DNA from: a bacterium
GTDB taxonomy: Bacteria > UBA10199 > 2-02-FULL-50-16 > JAJFLM01
Length of the DNA: 64,000 nt
Reading direction: 5' to 3'
Assembly (NCBI GenBank): GCA_965216315.1
Contig: CBDCFN010000016.1
Location: 1,984,001 to 2,048,000 of the forward strand
Under the pieces are notes generated by a model, which saw only the letters and a list, made by a program, of their open reading frames with translations, was not told where the DNA came from and did not search any database. Numbering within the stretch: the stretch's first letter is position 1; each line of letters opens with the position of its first letter. The translations under genes and the position numbers were made by a program. Positions 61,001 through 64,000 of the stretch are shown piece after piece.

Positions 61001-62777
61001 GCATATCAATCAACAATTAGCTCATGTGACCGACATCCCGGCTCTCCTCCAACAAATATTATCTCACGCCGTCACGATGGCTCACGCGGAATACGGCATG
61101 ATCCTTCTCTTGGATAACGCCGACGAATTACAGGTCGAAGCCTCGCTTAACGTCGAAGCCGATGCCGCCCTCAAACAAATCAGCCAGAGCATGGCCCAGC
61201 GCTGCATTCAATCCGGCGCACCACTCATCACTGATGACGCCCAGATGGAGGATTCTTTTAGCAGCAATGAATCCGTCATGATGGCCCAATTGCGCGCGGT
61301 CGCCGTCATCCCCATTCACGCCGCGGCTAAAGTTATCGGCTGTGTCTATCTCTCCAATCGCTATGAGATAGGCGCCTTCCGCGCGGTCGATATGCAATTA
61401 CTCGCCGCATTTGCCGACCAGGCCGGCATCGCCATTGATCGGGCCCGCCTCCTGGAAGCCTCGCGCCAACACGCGCATCAATTAGAAGAAAGTCTTTCGG
61501 AACGAGACCAGGAAATTTCCATTCTCGAAGCCCAAATACAATCCAAACCGAGTGAAGCGAAATTTCAATTAGACAAACTTATTTCGTCCAATCCCAAGAT
61601 GGGCAATCTCTTCAAACTCATTCGTAAGGTTGGCTCCACCGACCTCTCAGTCTTTATCCATGGCGCCACCGGCACCGGGAAAGAAGTGATGGCACGCCAA
61701 CTCCATGCCTCGCATACGAAACGCTCCAAGGGGCCTTTTGTCGCCCTCAGTTGTGGGGCCATCCCCCATGAACTAATGGAAAGCGAACTCTTCGGCTACA
61801 AGGCCGGCGCCTTTACCGGAGCCACGCGAGACAAAGTCGGTCTCTTCGAAGCGGCCAATGGCGGCACCCTTTTCCTGGACGAAATTGCCGAACTTCCGCT
61901 GGAACTCCAGGCGAAATTACTCCGTGTCCTCCAGGAGCGCGAGGTCCAGCGCATTGGCGAGACAACCACACGGAAAATTGATTGCCGTATCCTCTCCGCC
62001 TCGCATCAGGACATCAAGGCACGGATCGGCGACAAGAGTTTCCGCGAGGATCTCTATTATCGCCTCTGTCAGATTCAGTTAGATATCCCCTCCCTCCAAG
62101 AGCGGCGTGAGGACATTCCCGGCCTGATCGATATATTCATCAAACGGTTTTGCGCGGAACAGGGCAAGAAAAAAACCCTTCAGGTGGATCGTACTTTGTT
62201 AAAGAAACTCATGGCCTATAGTTGGCCCGGCAATGTGCGCGAACTGGAAAACCTGATCCTCGCCGCCTGTGCCCTGAGTGACGGCAAGAAACTGCGGATC
62301 GATGATATCCCCCCGCATCACCCGCTCGCCGTCGACGAACAACTGCAGCCCACAAGCGGCATGGCGCCCAACGGAAGTCAATCGCTGCCGACAGGTCTCG
62401 GTCAAACCAACACCAGCCGTGTTACTATTGATAATATCAACGATTACGAACCAAACAAAACCTGGCGCGACTACGAACAACTCATCATCGCGAAAGCCTT
62501 TCAGCACTTTGAATTTGATGCAAGAAAGAGCGCCTCCGGACTCGGCATCTCCGTCGCCAAGATGTACAAGATCGTCAAGGAATTAAACCTCAAGGATCCG
62601 GCCCATCCTCTCTATCAAGAACCCTTCCAGTATGATGAGGAAATCAAACTAAAAGACTATATGCTGATGATCTTCAAGGCCGCCCGTACCGCGGCCGGCG
62701 GCAAGCCTTACGGCGCGATTCGCAACCTGGAAGTGTCACCGGGCTTCTTTTACAAAACGCTGCCGGCGAATACCTGA
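58023..62777 (+). CDS. Ser/Thr kinase - P-loop ATPase - TPR - GAF - sigma54 enhancer-binding protein with two C-terminal HTH-like motifs (start probably ATG 58038)
   Basis: GQGVSG, LALK, HYDLKPAN, DFG, APE; GDTGLGKT and GNP; TPR; GAF; GATGTGKE, ESELFGYKAGAFTGA, FLDEI, WPGNVRELEN. Confidence 0.93.
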   Translation: MYIFEMIIDQRYRVIGELGQGVSGSVHLVEDMEEHCELALKFLRIDSVMLTPEQLLDRFKQEFRILKELQHPHIARIGDFGYDKDSKQHYFTEEHVQGAPITEAVQDASLDEIEALIVQCLRALEFLHARQIYHYDLKPANLFVTHNKQIKLIDFGLANLPGRSISGTPTYMAPEICLQQPRDGRVDLYALGVIWYQSLSGGNPFKDKSVKLTMERQVHFKAPPISTQRSDLPEYLDDVIGRLLAKNPDHRYGRAAQVIRDLNWLGDKNYPIETKATSAGYLPEVGHLVGRDEEWARIQQTIDQASVEASPSPPIILVVGDTGLGKTRICEEARYYAQLDTHALEIRDFDHVLTAAGIGELRSQVIQRTWSDGSLLIGLYPQDADTIAAWLPKEQVQIVQLKPFNQAQVREYLHHVTGMTEIPNKLCEALTTRTEGNPRLLRELLVACFSQSKFSDAFGRWTPGAFADLQQESEQLPLPSALEQWFTARSKSLPQETLHALSVLSICQHPVSLYGLETIVGPIIKWGPELIKTSWVSRKNDGFTLQNPSVREWSLQQLSRCDRTGWHDKIVKAASAFPDEDMDYHRSYGHDPKQIIASAERYTEKLVQQESWESAVNVLDWVWASLPNSKAKTTLGISRIDALIELARDDEVSAAIKEIQASINELPDTAQVTCQQLLDDTVIEWLLRQHKYEDAHQRIDAALNNEHLRPPAQLIRLKNYLGRIALEQGDTKSAHELLHSTWQEASKLDKSVRYPTANNDLGLVLLAQGQFDAAASHFGEELKAIRHWHDPFLEARCRYNLAEAHRGLGDTNKANNELQLAYELAQPVGRHELTLRILNAMGNLANESAQTQAAIDYYERGLRLAQRLGDRSSCAALATNLGILFHNTHENDDALSYLTHAEHLLSDIERTPSESSCLARCLLERALVERDNDHIESAEIYLTEAHKIAAEEGGESLLPFIEEAQEEIKMPPMTSPDSTQPQQAGTQAWQDLLHINQQLAHVTDIPALLQQILSHAVTMAHAEYGMILLLDNADELQVEASLNVEADAALKQISQSMAQRCIQSGAPLITDDAQMEDSFSSNESVMMAQLRAVAVIPIHAAAKVIGCVYLSNRYEIGAFRAVDMQLLAAFADQAGIAIDRARLLEASRQHAHQLEESLSERDQEISILEAQIQSKPSEAKFQLDKLISSNPKMGNLFKLIRKVGSTDLSVFIHGATGTGKEVMARQLHASHTKRSKGPFVALSCGAIPHELMESELFGYKAGAFTGATRDKVGLFEAANGGTLFLDEIAELPLELQAKLLRVLQEREVQRIGETTTRKIDCRILSASHQDIKARIGDKSFREDLYYRLCQIQLDIPSLQERREDIPGLIDIFIKRFCAEQGKKKTLQVDRTLLKKLMAYSWPGNVRELENLILAACALSDGKKLRIDDIPPHHPLAVDEQLQPTSGMAPNGSQSLPTGLGQTNTSRVTIDNINDYEPNKTWRDYEQLIIAKAFQHFEFDARKSASGLGISVAKMYKIVKELNLKDPAHPLYQEPFQYDEEIKLKDYMLMIFKAARTAAGGKPYGAIRNLEVSPGFFYKTLPANT

Positions 62778-62835
62778 CAAGGTGGTGAGGCAACGAAACT
62801 TCCTGCATCTGCGCTGTGGCCTTACTTGGAGCTTC

Positions 62836-62898
62836 TCATTTTATCATTTTATCATTTTATCATTTTATCATTTTATCATTTTATCATTTTATCATTTT
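62836..62898 (+). repeat. 8-bp tandem repeat (TCATTTTA) x8
   Basis: Seven full units plus TCATTTT, read directly. Confidence 0.95.
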
Positions 62899-63083
62899 GA
62901 TATAATCGATGGCTTTCTGAAAATATGAATCAAGTAAATATAACATAATGAAATCACTTATTTTTTTCATCTTCTCCCCTCAAAAATCTTTCTGACCGTG
63001 ATATAAATCATAATAATGTCTGACAATAATTGCTTGAGAGACGTGCCGTCGTTTGGGACAATATTATCGAGGGGGACGGTCTC

Positions 63084-64000
63084 ATGGCGAGCATCAAAAC
63101 AATCACATCTTACTTAGCGCTTATCACTTTAACCTTGGCCGGCGCCGACGCCGTTCAAGCTGCCGGCACTCTTACCGAAGATGCCGATTCACCGGTATCC
63201 ATGGGCGACTTCTGCGGCACGCCTTACGTGAAATACACGGGTGTACTTGCAGGCGAAACCGATCCCGGCAATCCCGCGACCGCCTATAGAGTACCATTCG
63301 TCATCAGGACGCCGGCCGATCCTGAACAGGGTAATGGTGTCACTCTCTATGAGTTCCCTCATTTCGGTTCCAAAGACTTTTCCAGGGTGTTTCTGGGCTA
63401 TGATTTCCTGTTCTGCCGCGGCTTTTCTCAGGCCGCCGTCGGCTATGATAATAGAACCGGTTTCGGTGTGGGCGCCAACAGAATTTTGGATCAAAGCATA
63501 CCCGGTGTCTATATTGGTGGGGTAGGCAATAGAAATATGGACGTTGGCATCATGACTGATTTTGCCGAGGCCTTGGCGAAAAAAAAGCAAGGTCAGGATT
63601 TCTTGGGAAACAACTCGCGCACGCGCTACACAGCCGGTTTTTCCAATGGTTCTAACCCCTTGATCACCTACCTGGACAGCCGCCAAGCAAGTGGTCTTTT
63701 TGACTTCGCCATGCCTTACGTCACAGACGGGAATACGGACGACGACACGCGCACCTTAAAACAGGTGTTGGGCGACGGTAATTACACGGGAAAGGTCATC
63801 GTCGTGAATGACGAATATTTTGAAAGCGAAGTTACCGAAGGCTCCTTACATGATACCAATCCGGCCCTTCGTGAGCAGTATCGCTATTACACGACGGCCG
63901 GCTCCCCACACATTCCGGATGTCTTTAATTGTCGCTCCTTTATACCGACGAGACATACCACCGATAATACGACCCCGGGGACCTTTCATCCGGAGCTCCG
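63084..64000 (+). CDS. Secreted alpha/beta-hydrolase domain protein, partial (runs off the window; not in ORF track)
   Basis: RBS GAGGGGG; MASIKTIT...AVQA signal peptide; GFSNG nucleophile elbow; YRYYTTAGSPH. Confidence 0.78.
   Translation, partial: MASIKTITSYLALITLTLAGADAVQAAGTLTEDADSPVSMGDFCGTPYVKYTGVLAGETDPGNPATAYRVPFVIRTPADPEQGNGVTLYEFPHFGSKDFSRVFLGYDFLFCRGFSQAAVGYDNRTGFGVGANRILDQSIPGVYIGGVGNRNMDVGIMTDFAEALAKKKQGQDFLGNNSRTRYTAGFSNGSNPLITYLDSRQASGLFDFAMPYVTDGNTDDDTRTLKQVLGDGNYTGKVIVVNDEYFESEVTEGSLHDTNPALREQYRYYTTAGSPHIPDVFNCRSFIPTRHTTDNTTPGTFHPEL

Noticed and set aside
46438..62898. Short repeat arrays as possible CRISPR
   Set aside because: Units are 8-11 bp with no unique spacers and no cas genes.
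63053..63686. ORF-track ORFs 63053..63289, 63189..63686 and 63241..63525
   Set aside because: Shadows of the real open frame starting at 63084 that runs off the window.

Overview
Bacterial chromosomal window. The gene content suggests a deltaproteobacterial-type lineage (Myxococcota/Bdellovibrionota-like); this is inference from Cys-rich DUF4215 repeats, kinase-sigma54 activator fusions and many orphan lipoproteins. Bases 1 to ~6.8 kb are the end of a visibly AT-rich island. It carries an Avs2-like STAND NTPase with no obvious N-terminal effector and a STAS-HATPase/DUF4325 pair, and is closed by a tmRNA/tRNA 3'-end-like sequence. The rest contains a 2102-aa Cys-rich surface protein, housekeeping and stress genes (patatin, nitrobindin, srkA, ABC-F, FdhF/YdeP, hemN, CBS, ftsH, beta-CASP RNase-prs-AMP/thymidine phosphorylase) and many orphan secreted or lipoprotein genes. 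The most notable structure is a candidate regulatory system. Two ~1580-aa Ser/Thr kinase-P-loop ATPase-TPR-GAF-sigma54 activator genes each have an in-frame Shine-Dalgarno+ATG just before the GAF domain. The region also has four consensus sigma54 promoters, helically phased TGTGA arrays, and two paralogous sigma54-driven operons of small orphan proteins that share a downstream RNA motif. A separate sigma28-like GCCGATAA motif precedes several orphan genes, including most members of a four-member lipoprotein family. No CRISPR array, rRNA, complete tRNA or transposase was seen. All calls come from motif reading without database searches.
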